Shown here: in pieces, positions 26,439 through 35,700 of the stretch
How the letters are laid out: the number at the start of each line of letters is the position of its first letter
Numbering within the stretch: position 1 is the first letter of the stretch
From: Diplonema japonicum
Lineage: Eukaryota; Protista; Euglenozoa: Diplonemea
NCBI GenBank assembly: GCA_964019335.1
Contig: OZ025667.1
Location: forward strand, 372,001 to 436,000
Reading direction: 5' to 3'
Length of the DNA stretch: 64,000 nt
Notes under the pieces: model-generated
Databases searched by the model: none
Seen by the model: only the letters and a program-made list of their open reading frames with translations
Told to the model about the DNA's origin: nothing
Program-made: the position numbers and the translations under genes

Positions 26439-26795
26439 ATGCCTCTGGAAAAGGATAACGAATCACACAAACAGCTCTCGAACGGCCAGGATGTTGCAGC
26501 TACTTCGATCAGTTTTCTTGACCAGTTGAAGAATACCTTGAAGTACGAGAAACACAAGTCAAGCCATATCATTGAGGAAAGACTGAGGCATGGATTTAGA
26601 GAATTCAACCTTCAGAGCAGTACCTTTCGGGGGAGAGGTTGTGATAAGAACATGGCACAACGGAAGTTAAAAAGAATGGCGGATCGATGCGGCTTACTTG
26701 AAGAGGATGTTTCTCTCGTGGAAGCAGGTGTTGAAGAATGCTCTTTGGAGGGCAAGTGCTACTTACTTAAATCCAGTAACTACCAACGATTCTAA
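26439..26795 (+). pseudogene. ORF fragment truncated by the SL-module junction
   Basis: MPLEKDNESHK.. reading frame runs into the SL copy at 26782 and stops inside it (TAA 26793-26795). Confidence 0.4.
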
Positions 26796-26819
26796 AGCTA
26801 CAGTTTCTGTACTTTATTG
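26782..26819 (+). other. Spliced-leader exon copy (38 nt, lacking first nt), module 1
   Basis: ACCAACGATTCTAAAGCTACAGTTTCTGTACTTTATTG carries the conserved euglenozoan SL 3' core CAGTTTCTGTACTWTATTG and a diplonemid-type 5' part. Confidence 0.9.
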
Positions 26820-26968
26820 GTCGTTCGTGTTCTGCTGGTGCCTGCCGCCTCTGCCTGGGTTTGCCGCTGCGTCCGTCGTCGCCGTCGTCCGGGGGGGTTG
26901 CTTTGCCTGTCGGCCTGCCCGCCGCTTGAGAAAAAAAGGGGTGGGTACTGGTGTATGGTGAACACCCT

Positions 26969-26995
26969 GCAAACCCGCAAACCCCGCAAACCCGC
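26969..26995 (+). repeat. Short (GCAAACCC)3 octamer tract between the two SL modules
   Basis: GC AAACCCGC AAACCCCGC AAACCCGC; same unit and same 4-C variant as the long array at 29241. Confidence 0.9.
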
Positions 26996-27069
26996 AACGA
27001 TTCTAAAGCTATCCCACCAACGATTCTAAAGCTACAGTTTCTGTACTTTATTGTTTCTGTACTTTATTG
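26996..27069 (+). other. Stacked SL exon copies (5' fragment 26996-27011, near-full 27016-27053, 3' fragment 27053-27069), module 2
   Basis: AACGATTCTAAAGCTA-TCCC-ACCAACGATTCTAAAGCTACAGTTTCTGTACTTTATTG-TTTCTGTACTTTATTG. Confidence 0.9.
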
Positions 27070-27239
27070 GTCGTTCGTGTTCTGCTGGTGCCTGCCGCCT
27101 CTGCCTGGGTTTGCCGCTGCGTCCGTCGTCCGTCGTCGCCGTCGTCCGGGGGGGTTGTTTTGCCCGTCGGCCTGCCCGCCGCTCAACGAAAGGATCCCCT
27201 CCCCCCCATCACACACTATAAAACAAAAAAAAAAAAAAA

Positions 27240-28760
27240 ATGGATCCAAGACGACTCGCAGGAGGAGGTGACCGCAGCCGCAGCCCGCAGGAGCAAGCCC
27301 GCAGCCCGCAGTGCACGGCACCGAGACCCACCCAACCAGGCAATCTGGTTGGGCAGTATGAATCCCCACCCCCTAGATCCCCCCACCCCCCTTTAGAAAA
27401 AAAAAATAATAAAAAAAAAAAATCACAAGTAGAGACCGCGGTTTTGACCGCCACAACCAAGGGAGCAGCAGCCCCTGCTACAGCCACGGCCGCCCCGGCC
27501 GCAAGCACGACTGCTGCAGCAGCCCCAGCCGCACTGAACGCCGCAGCCGCCCCTGCCGCAGCCACGACCGACACAACCACGATCGCCGCAGCCGCCCCTG
27601 CCGCCTTGAACGCTGCAGCCGCCCCTGCCGCAACTGAGACAGCCGCAGCCGCCCCTGCCGCAAGCCCGACCTCCGCAGCCGACCCTGCCATAGTTGAAGA
27701 GGAAAAAAAAAAGAAGAAAAAGGGGGAAGGGTGGATACTGAAAGATGGTGAGCACCCCCCCGGGTTGAAGACAGGTGCTGCCCCCGCCTTCCCAGAAGCT
27801 CTGCTGTCCGGGAAGTGGGAGGCCCTGTCAGGGAACACGGGGAGGGAGACGCTCCAGCATGGGCACCGGTGGGAGGGGACGGACGCCGAGGTGCACCCCA
27901 CCACCGGCATCCCAGGGGAGGCAAAGGGGTGGGTGAGGGAGGTGGCCGCCGCCGCAGGGCTCAAGGTGGTCCCCAACCAGGTACTTGTGAATAAGTACAG
28001 ACCTGGTTGTGGGATTGCCGCCCACAAGGACGACGCAAGACTGGGACCGGTCGTCCTAGTCTTGTCGTACGGGGCTGAGACCACAATGGTCATGAGGAAG
28101 GGGGACAGGGTAGCGAGGTACCTGGTGCCCCCCTTCTCATGGGCACTGTTGGAAGGCGAAGCGAGACACCAGTGGACACACCACATCCCGTCAGGGGTGT
28201 CCACTGGTGTCAGGGTGTCGATCACCCTGCGTGCGGTTGGCCCCGAGCTCACCCACATACCCCCCCAGGAAGACCCACCCCCTGGGCTAACAAACGAACC
28301 CCCCCCTTTTTTTTTAGAACCCTCCACGGAGGTAAAAAACAGACCCTCTTCGGAGGAAAATGGAGAGAGAGGGGAAGAGGCAGCGCTCCCAAAAGAGGGT
28401 AGTGTTCCTCCCCCCCATTTGTCCCCCCCTTTTTCATTTTTAGAGCCCTCTTTGGAGGAACCCTCCACGGAAAACAGACCCTCTTCGGAGGAAAATAGAG
28501 AGAGAGGGGAAGAGGTGGCACCCCCGAGAGAGGGTAGTGTTCCTCCCCCCCATTTGTCCCCCCCTTTTTCATTTTTAGAGCCCTCCCCAGAGGGACCCTC
28601 CACGGAGGTGAAAAACAGACCCTCTTCGGAGGAAAAAAAGGCAGAGGGAGAGACAGCACGCCCGAGAGAAGGTAGTGCTCCTCCCTCTCTGCCCCCCATT
28701 TTTTCTGGACCCTCTACGGAGTGTACACCCTGGTCCCCAAGGGCCGGGGGCTTTTTTTGA
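27240..28760 (+). CDS. AlkB-family 2OG-Fe(II) dioxygenase with Ala-rich N-terminal repeats and Pro/Glu-rich C-terminal repeats
   Basis: PNQVLVNKYRPGCGIAAHKD (HxD), VLVLSYG, LLEGEARHQWTHHIP (distal His) and RVSITLR (Rx5R) form a complete AlkB motif set at about 27800-28240; intronless. Confidence 0.85.
   Translation: MDPRRLAGGGDRSRSPQEQARSPQCTAPRPTQPGNLVGQYESPPPRSPHPPLEKKNNKKKKSQVETAVLTATTKGAAAPATATAAPAASTTAAAAPAALNAAAAPAAATTDTTTIAAAAPAALNAAAAPAATETAAAAPAASPTSAADPAIVEEEKKKKKKGEGWILKDGEHPPGLKTGAAPAFPEALLSGKWEALSGNTGRETLQHGHRWEGTDAEVHPTTGIPGEAKGWVREVAAAAGLKVVPNQVLVNKYRPGCGIAAHKDDARLGPVVLVLSYGAETTMVMRKGDRVARYLVPPFSWALLEGEARHQWTHHIPSGVSTGVRVSITLRAVGPELTHIPPQEDPPPGLTNEPPPFFLEPSTEVKNRPSSEENGERGEEAALPKEGSVPPPHLSPPFSFLEPSLEEPSTENRPSSEENRERGEEVAPPREGSVPPPHLSPPFSFLEPSPEGPSTEVKNRPSSEEKKAEGETARPREGSAPPSLPPIFSGPSTECTPWSPRAGGFF
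28315..28715 (+). repeat. ~120-bp tandem repeat x3 within the AlkB ORF
   Basis: Recurrent CCCTCCACGGA..AACAGACCCTCTTCGGAGGAAAA..GGTAGTG.TCCTCCC encoding PSTE..NRPSSEE..EGS.PP. Confidence 0.85.
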
Positions 28761-29240
28761 GGGTGGAAGGGAAAGAAAAAAAAAAAACAAACAAGGAGGA
28801 ACCTTTTTTCTTTTCAAACAACCAGGGGGACCCAGCACCCGCCCCCACCGCCTGCCAAGGAGGCTGCGAGCGACGTGAGAGCACCACTGCACACCCTTGT
28901 GAGAAGACAGAAAAGAGCCCCCTGGATTGCCATGGGTGGCAGGGAACCTAAGCCAGCGCCCAAGCGGAAGAAGAACAGGAGGAGGCACAGGAGCGAAACG
29001 GCCCTTCAGAGGCGTCGGGAGAAGAGGACCAAGGCGAGGGAGGGGGCGAGGGAGGCTGCCAGACAGGAGAAGAAAAGGCACCGTCGTGCGAGGAAAGAAG
29101 GGAGGAGGAGGGCCCGCAGAGAGGAACACGAGGCCGCCCTGGAACAGAAGCCAGATGACCCTGCAATGGGGCTGAAGCTGACCGAGGTGGGAACGCCTGG
29201 AGCCCAACCCCTGGCACCCAGAATCCCGGCACCTGGGGCT

Positions 29241-29537
29241 GCAAACCCGCAAACCCGCAAACCCGCAAACCCGCAAACCCGCAAACCCGCAAACCCGCAA
29301 ACCCGCAAACCCGCAAACCCGCAAACCCGCAAACCCGCAAACCCGCAAACCCGCAAACCCCGCAAACCCGCAAACCCGCAAACCCGCAAACCCGCAAACC
29401 CGCAAACCCGCAAACCCGCAAACCCGCAAACCCGCAAACCCGCAAACCCGCAAACCCGCAAACCCGCAAACCCGCAAACCCGCAAACCCGCAAACCCGCA
29501 AACCCGCAAACCCGCAAACCCGCAAACCCGCAAACCC
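29241..29537 (+). repeat. (GCAAACCC)n octamer array, ~37 units, running into the assembly gap
   Basis: Perfect tandem AAACCCGC units with one 4-C variant; reverse strand reads (GGGTTTGC)n. Confidence 0.97.
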
Positions 29538-29737
29538 NNNNNNNNNNNNNNNNNNNNNNNNNNNNNNNNNNNNNNNNNNNNNNNNNNNNNNNNNNNNNNN
29601 NNNNNNNNNNNNNNNNNNNNNNNNNNNNNNNNNNNNNNNNNNNNNNNNNNNNNNNNNNNNNNNNNNNNNNNNNNNNNNNNNNNNNNNNNNNNNNNNNNNN
29701 NNNNNNNNNNNNNNNNNNNNNNNNNNNNNNNNNNNNN
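29538..29737. other. Assembly gap (200 N)
   Basis: Run of n characters. Confidence 0.99.
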
Positions 29738-30846
29738 TCCAGTCCGCAGTCGTTGTCGCTGGTGCAACCATCAGCCTCAACCGCTCGAGGGGTCAATACT
29801 GACAACTCGGTATCGGGTTCAGGAGTGGGAGCAGGAGTAGGAATAGGAGTAGGGGCAGGCGTGGGAATAGGAGTAGGGGCAGGTGTAGGAATAGGAGTAG
29901 GAGCAGGAGTGGGAATAGGAGTAGGGGCAGGCGTGGGAATAGGAGTAGGGGCAGGTGTAGGAGCAGGTGTAGGAATAGGAGTAGGAGCAGGCGTGGGAAT
30001 AGGAGTAGGGGCAGGTGTAGGAATAGGAGTAGGAGCAGGAGTGGGAATAGGAGTAGGAGCAGGCGTGGGAATAGGAGTAGGGGCAGGAGTGGGAGCAGGA
30101 GTAGCAACGGCGCTCTCTTTCTCGTAGTTAATGCCCGCACCCCATCCAAGACCCAGACCCGTAAAGAAGTTTGCCTTCCCACCCGGGACAGCCTCCAATC
30201 CGATGCTCCACCCAAGCCCAACAGAGGGGGTGAATTGGAAGTTCCCTACCTTCAGCCCCTCGTACGCGACACTGAAGCTGATCGTCACCGTGAAGAGCGC
30301 GCACCCGAAGTTCGCGTTCGCTTGTGAGGCGCAGAGGTACCCGATCGCACAGCAGTCCTCCAGGGGCTTCACCATCCTCCGCTTCTGGTGGTTCTGCTGC
30401 GCCTCGAGGAGCATCGCCGCCCTGTTCGCCGAGGCAGTCGTCGAGTTGCACTGCCCGGAGAAGGTGCGGATGTAGGGCTTCAGGCTGTTCGCGAGGTCGG
30501 GGATGTCTGCCAGGAAGGTTTCGACAGTCGCGGTGTCTTCGAAGAACTCCATCAGCCCGTCCGCCGCCTCCACCGCTTTGTCCTTCAGGGTGTTCAGCTG
30601 GTCGAGGGCCCCCGTCACCGCCTCTATCGCCTCTTGCACCCCGAGGGCCTCCAGCACCTCGTCCGCCCTGTCCGCAAGGGCATCCGCCACGGCCCCCCTG
30701 AAGGCGTCCACCGTGTCCGCCAGCGACGTGGCCAGCGACGTCACCGTCAGCGGCTCAGAAGTCGACGTCGTTGAGGGCGCTGTGTCCTGCGCCCCTGCAA
30801 GGAGCGCAACAGCCAACGCCAGCAGTGCTGTCTGCAAGATTCTCAT
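29738..30846 (-). CDS. 5' part of the 2406-aa array gene, truncated by the gap
   Basis: Identical N-terminal ~370 aa (signal peptide to PT repeats). Confidence 0.85.
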
Positions 30847-31390
30847 TTCTCTTTCTTGTTGGCCTCACACGGAAGGGGGTTTCTTTCTCTTTTGTTTTTA
30901 TTTTATTTTTGTGTGTGTGTGTGTGTTGGGTTATAAACCTGGAGTGAGATGAAAACGTGAAACACAAAGAAAAAAAAAAGGGGGGGGAAAAGAATAGAAA
31001 GAGAGGTAGTAGAGGAAGAGGAAGAGAAGATGGGTGTGATCCGAAGAATGGCGAGTGTCCTAGTGTATAGCTGTAACCTTTACACACAAAGAAAACAGAC
31101 TACACACAGGAAAACTAAATTACATTTTATCGGAGAACCCTTCATATAGAAAGAGGAAGCAAAAGAGAAACAAACAGGAGGGAGGGAGGGAGGGAGGGAG
31201 GGAGGGAGGAGAAAGAAGATAAGTCAGCTAGATAGAGTGCAGGTTGGCCAGCATCGCAAAAATCTCAGAAGACAAAAGGTTAAAAATCTGTAAGGTCGAT
31301 ACTCGGCTTTTCGTTAGTATACTAGATACAAGATATAGGTCTTTTTGCGAGCTCTTTTGTTCTCATTTATGTTTGCAAAGGAAAAAAAGA

Positions 31391-31484
31391 TAACGCCCCA
31401 TATCTCTAAAACCCGTCACCAACCCTGAGGGGATGCTTCTAGGGGGGGGGTGTGCTAAACGGGTTTTAGAGATATGACGGCGTA
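31391..31484. mobile_element. 94-bp hairpin/MITE in the array spacer (also 40509-40602 and 49639-49732)
   Basis: TAACGCCCCATATCTCTAAAACCCGT ... ACGGGTTTTAGAGATATGACGGCGTA: an 18-bp perfect inverted core extending to ~25 bp, with TA at both ends. Confidence 0.7.
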
Positions 31485-32743
31485 ATGGTTTCTCTTTCTT
31501 CCTTGCCCCTCTTTCTTCTTTTGCTTCACTTTAAAAATTGGTCACTTCTTCATGGTGTATTATGCGAAAACCTGACCATATTCAAAGTAAAAGGGCAACA
31601 AGAAAGGGGAGAGTCCTTGTGGAAATTGCGACATTTGCACTCTGTTGTGTCTTTAAAAACAAGAATTGTTCGCAGAAATAAGGGAGGGAGGGAGAGGGGG
31701 GGGGGGGGGGGGGGGGATCAATTACTGTCAAGAAGAAATACTTGTTGATGAAAGAAAGGTCAAAAGTTAGAAGAAACCACGGGACTAAAAAGTATCTACC
31801 GAGGTTGCTCCTTCCTTTCGCTCCCTTTCATTCTTTTTTTTTTTTTTTGCAATTTCTTATTTAACAGTGACATGAGAGAGGGGGGGAGGGGGCGACAGAA
31901 CATAAGGCATTCCAAGTCTATAAGGGTATAAAAAAAGAGGGGAAACAAGCTAAAAGCTCTGTATTCTTTTTTTTTTTTTTTTTTTTCCTTCTCTTTTTTC
32001 TGAGAAGAAAATTAAAGAATTTAAAAGAACAAGTTAAGATAGGGATAGGAAAAAAATAAAAGTTTTAAAAAAGAAAGGGAGAGCGTCTCAATAAGAGCGC
32101 CAAGTGTATTTATTTTCAACGGACACCGTAAACCTCTTAATCAATACCCCCTTCCTTCTTTGTTCCCCTGAGCCAAGCTTCTTTTCTCAGTGAGCACCCC
32201 CATGCACACTGAAATTCTATCGAGTTTTCTTTGCGTTCTTCATGAATCTCTCGGCTCAGGGGGGAGGAAGGGGAGAGGAAAAAAAGAAGGAGAATATATA
32301 TCAAGAAGAAGTTTTCTATCTAATATAATTCCTTGCAAGCAGCTGTTGAAGAAGAAATTGTTTTTCTTTTTTTTTTTTTTTTTTTTTTTTCCGTTCTTTT
32401 TTCTTTTTTGCGTGAGGAGAAGGGGTGCCAATGATATATTAAAACCCCTGGTTTTAAAAAGAAAATCAAAGCATCACTTCCCCTCTAGCAAAAATAATAG
32501 GAGGAACAAAAATTGAGGAAATAGCAAAGAAAAAGGGGAAGAAGATGCTGGGAACGGCAAGAAAAGAACGACATGGCGAAGAGAACACAAATCTACTTCA
32601 TCCTTTTCGTTGGTGTCGTTCTTAATCTCCGTTTCTCCATTCTTCTCCAATCTTTTGTTTCTCAACTAAACCTCTCGTTTCAACGCTGTGGGTCATCTTT
32701 TTTTATTTTCATATATAATATTTTCATTCTTTTTTTCCTATCT

Positions 32744-35700
32744 CTAATTCCCTTGCGCGGGCGCCTTGCACCCCCTCGAGGGGCTGATGGCCTCCGCCAC
32801 GGAATGAGACCAGGCGCCCATCATGTCGTGGGCAGCGTTCCAGAAGAAGGCCCCACCGTTGCAGGGGTACGCCTCCTTCAGATCGTTCATCACGCTGACA
32901 GCCTGCTCCGCGTTGATGTTGGATGAGGTGCCCCCGCATTCACTGATGCAGAAGCCGAACACTACCTTCGTGGGGTCGTTCCCGAAGACTTCCGTCACGA
33001 GGGTACTGAGGTGCGCCAGGGCAGAGGTGAAGACGCCACCGTGGATCCCGTCCGTGTTGGGGCGCGTCACCCCGTTGTAGTACTGCGGCATGATGAAGTC
33101 CACAGAGGCAGCCACCTCCCGCATCACCTCGAAGTAGCCTGTCCCGTGCACGAGGTCGCTGTCCATAGGGGAGTGGGTCACGAGGCTTCCGGCGGGGAGC
33201 TTCTCCCTCAGCTTCAGGGTCGTCTCCCTCAGGAAGGTCTGCGCCTGCGCCCCCTTTCCGAACGACGAGCCACCCTGCCCGTCCTCGTAGTAGTACAAGT
33301 AATCTATGTCGATCCCGTCGAAGCCCTGCGCGCCCGCGATGTCTGTAAGCTGCTGCGCCAGGTGCTCCTCCTTCCCGAAGCAGTGCTCCCAGCAGTTGTT
33401 CAATCCGTCCCACGAACCCCCCATCCCCGCCCCGCCGAAGGAGAGGATCACCTTCTTTCCCGCGGCCCTCCACTTCGCCACGAGCTCCGCATGTGGGGCG
33501 TTCCCGCACACCGCAACGGGTGTCAGGATGTCGCACTGCTCGTTGCACTGGTTCTCCCTGGAGCCCCAGCTGTAGGTCACCGCAAAGGAAACCAAGACGT
33601 GTGTGTAGGCCTCCATCTGCGCGTCTGTCGGACACGCCAGCCAGTTCCCGACGGAGGCGACGAGCCTGCTGTCAACGGCTGGGGCCTGCGGAAGGGAAGT
33701 AGTAGGAGGAGGAGGGGGGAGGGGGATCCCACCTACACTGCACCCCTTCGAGGGGCTGATGGCCCCCTCAGAGAGAGAACGAGACCAGGCGCCGTCCGAG
33801 TCGGACGCAGAGTTCCAGAAGAAGGCCCCACCGTTGCAGGGGTACGCCTCCTTCAGATCGTTCATCACGCTGACAGCCTGCTCCGCGTTGGTGTTGGATG
33901 AGGTGCCCCCGCATTCACTGATGCAGAAGCCGAACACTACCTTCGTGGGGTTGTTCCCGAAGACTTCCGTCACGAGGGTACTGAGGTGCGCCAGGGCAGA
34001 GGTGAAGACGCCACCGTGGATCCCGTCCGTGTTGGGGCGCGTCACCCCGTTGTAGTACTGCGGCATGATGAAGTCCACAGAGGCAGCCACCTCCCGCATC
34101 ACCTCGAAGTAGCCTGTCCCGTGCACGAGGTCGCTGTCCGCGGAAGAGTGGGTCACGAGGCTTCCGGCGGGGAGCTTCTCCCTCAGCTTCAGGGTCGTCT
34201 CCCTCAGGAAGGTCTGCGCCTGTGCCCCCTTTGCGAACGACGAGCCACCCTGCCCGTCCTCGTAGTAGTACAAGTAGTCGATGTTGATCCCGTCGAAGCC
34301 CTGCGCGCCCGCGATGTCTGTAAGCTGCTGCGCCAGGTGCTCCTCCTTCCCGAAGCAGTGCTCCCAGCAGTCGTTCAATCCGTCCCACGAACCCCCCATC
34401 CCCGCCCCGCCGAAGGAGAGGATCACCTTCTTCCCCGCGGCCTTCCACTTCGCCACGAGCTCCGCATGTGGGGCGTTATCGCACACCGCAACGGGTGTCA
34501 GGATGTCGCACTGCTCGTTGCACTGGTTCTTCATTTCACCCCAGGTGTAGGTCACCGCAAAGGACACGACGACGTGTGTGTAGGCCTCCATCTGCGCGTC
34601 TGTCGGACAGGTCAACCAGTTCCCGACGGAGGCGATGAGCCTGCTGTCGTCGTTGTTATTGTTGTTGTTGTTGTTGTTCGCATTACCACCCACCGGGGCA
34701 GGAGTTGTCTCGTCCACGATAGTGATGGTTTGCGTTCTACTGCTGCTTGAGGCGATAGCCCCGCTGCACACCGATGTCTTGAAGAAGGGGACGATGGACC
34801 ACACACGGCTGACGGTCCACTCCTTCCCGTTCGACCCTTCCACGGGGACCGGGTCGCTGTCCACGTAGAAGATGTCGAATTCCTGTCTGCAAGGGGAAAC
34901 CCCCTCCGCCACCCCGAGCTCCATCGGGTCCGTCGTCTGCTCTGTGTTCACGCGAACGTCGGCGGGGAAGGAGGAGGATACAAAAGCGGGCGGGGCCGGT
35001 TCCAAGGTCACGATCTGCTTCACCGTGTCCGAGATCCCACCGCACACCGGGTTGTCGTGGAGCTGCCACGTCACCTCCATGAAGGAGGACCCGCACATTC
35101 TGTTCGGGAAGTCTGCCACAGGGAGGATACGCTGATTCAAAAGCTTCACCTCCGCCCCTGCCGTGCACGCGGGGTCGATGAACCAGGGGAGCGGCTTCAG
35201 GCTCTCCAGGTTGATCTCCTGGTCGCAGCGGAAGGTGTAGGAGGTGGCCCCTCCGAGGACCGGGCGACTCCGCACCACCATCCCCGCCTCCGTGCTGATG
35301 TCGTTCGTGAGGAGGGCCTGGTTCTCCACCGCCTTGTCCGCCATCTTCGACGCCATCCTGTTCTGCGTGTTCTCCACGCTCGCCTCGTAGCTCGCCTGGC
35401 TGCTGAAGTCGTACGGCATGTCGTCCAGCGTCACCATCTCCTCCGAGCTGGACAGCCCGCCCCCGGTCCCCTTCCCCCCGTAGGTGCGCACCCCGCCCCT
35501 GAAGCCTGACCCCGAGGCCGCCGACGCATCCGTCCCGAACGGCACCATCACCGTCGTCGTCTCCAGAGAGGGCATCGGGACCTCCATCCCTGAGTTGACA
35601 TTCTGCAGCCCTGGGTTCTCACCCTTCGACTCGTCCACAACCTTCGTCTTCTGCGACATCTCGTCCGACTTCGTCTTCACCTCCCCCGCAGCGAGAGCCA

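Larger units (their letters stand above)
26782..29537 (+). mobile_element. Tandem SL-capped retroposed modules terminating in (GCAAACCC)n
   Basis: Two units share SL plus a ~110-nt GC-rich leader (26820-26926 vs 27070-27183); each ends in CTGC followed by AAACCCGC repeats; no RT gene is visible in the window. Confidence 0.7.

Noticed and set aside
26782-26930. Functional SL RNA gene
   Set aside because: The exon lacks its first nucleotide, the following GTCGTT does not match the GTATG donor consensus used here, I see no Sm-site or T-tract terminator at the expected distance, and the second copy leads into a protein ORF. Not fully excluded.
27240-28760. JBP/TET-type thymidine hydroxylase (base J synthesis)
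   Set aside because: Motif context (NxYxPGxGIxxHxD, WxHxI, RVSITLR) is AlkB-like rather than TET/JBP-like.
29241-29537. CRISPR array or true chromosome end
   Set aside because: There are no spacers, and the strand orientation is opposite to that of a right-hand telomere.
28575-30846. ORFs 28948-30846, 28575-29780 and 29006-29767 with VCGFAGLR/PANPQTRK repeats
   Set aside because: Artefacts of reading through the N gap and a stop-free octamer repeat.
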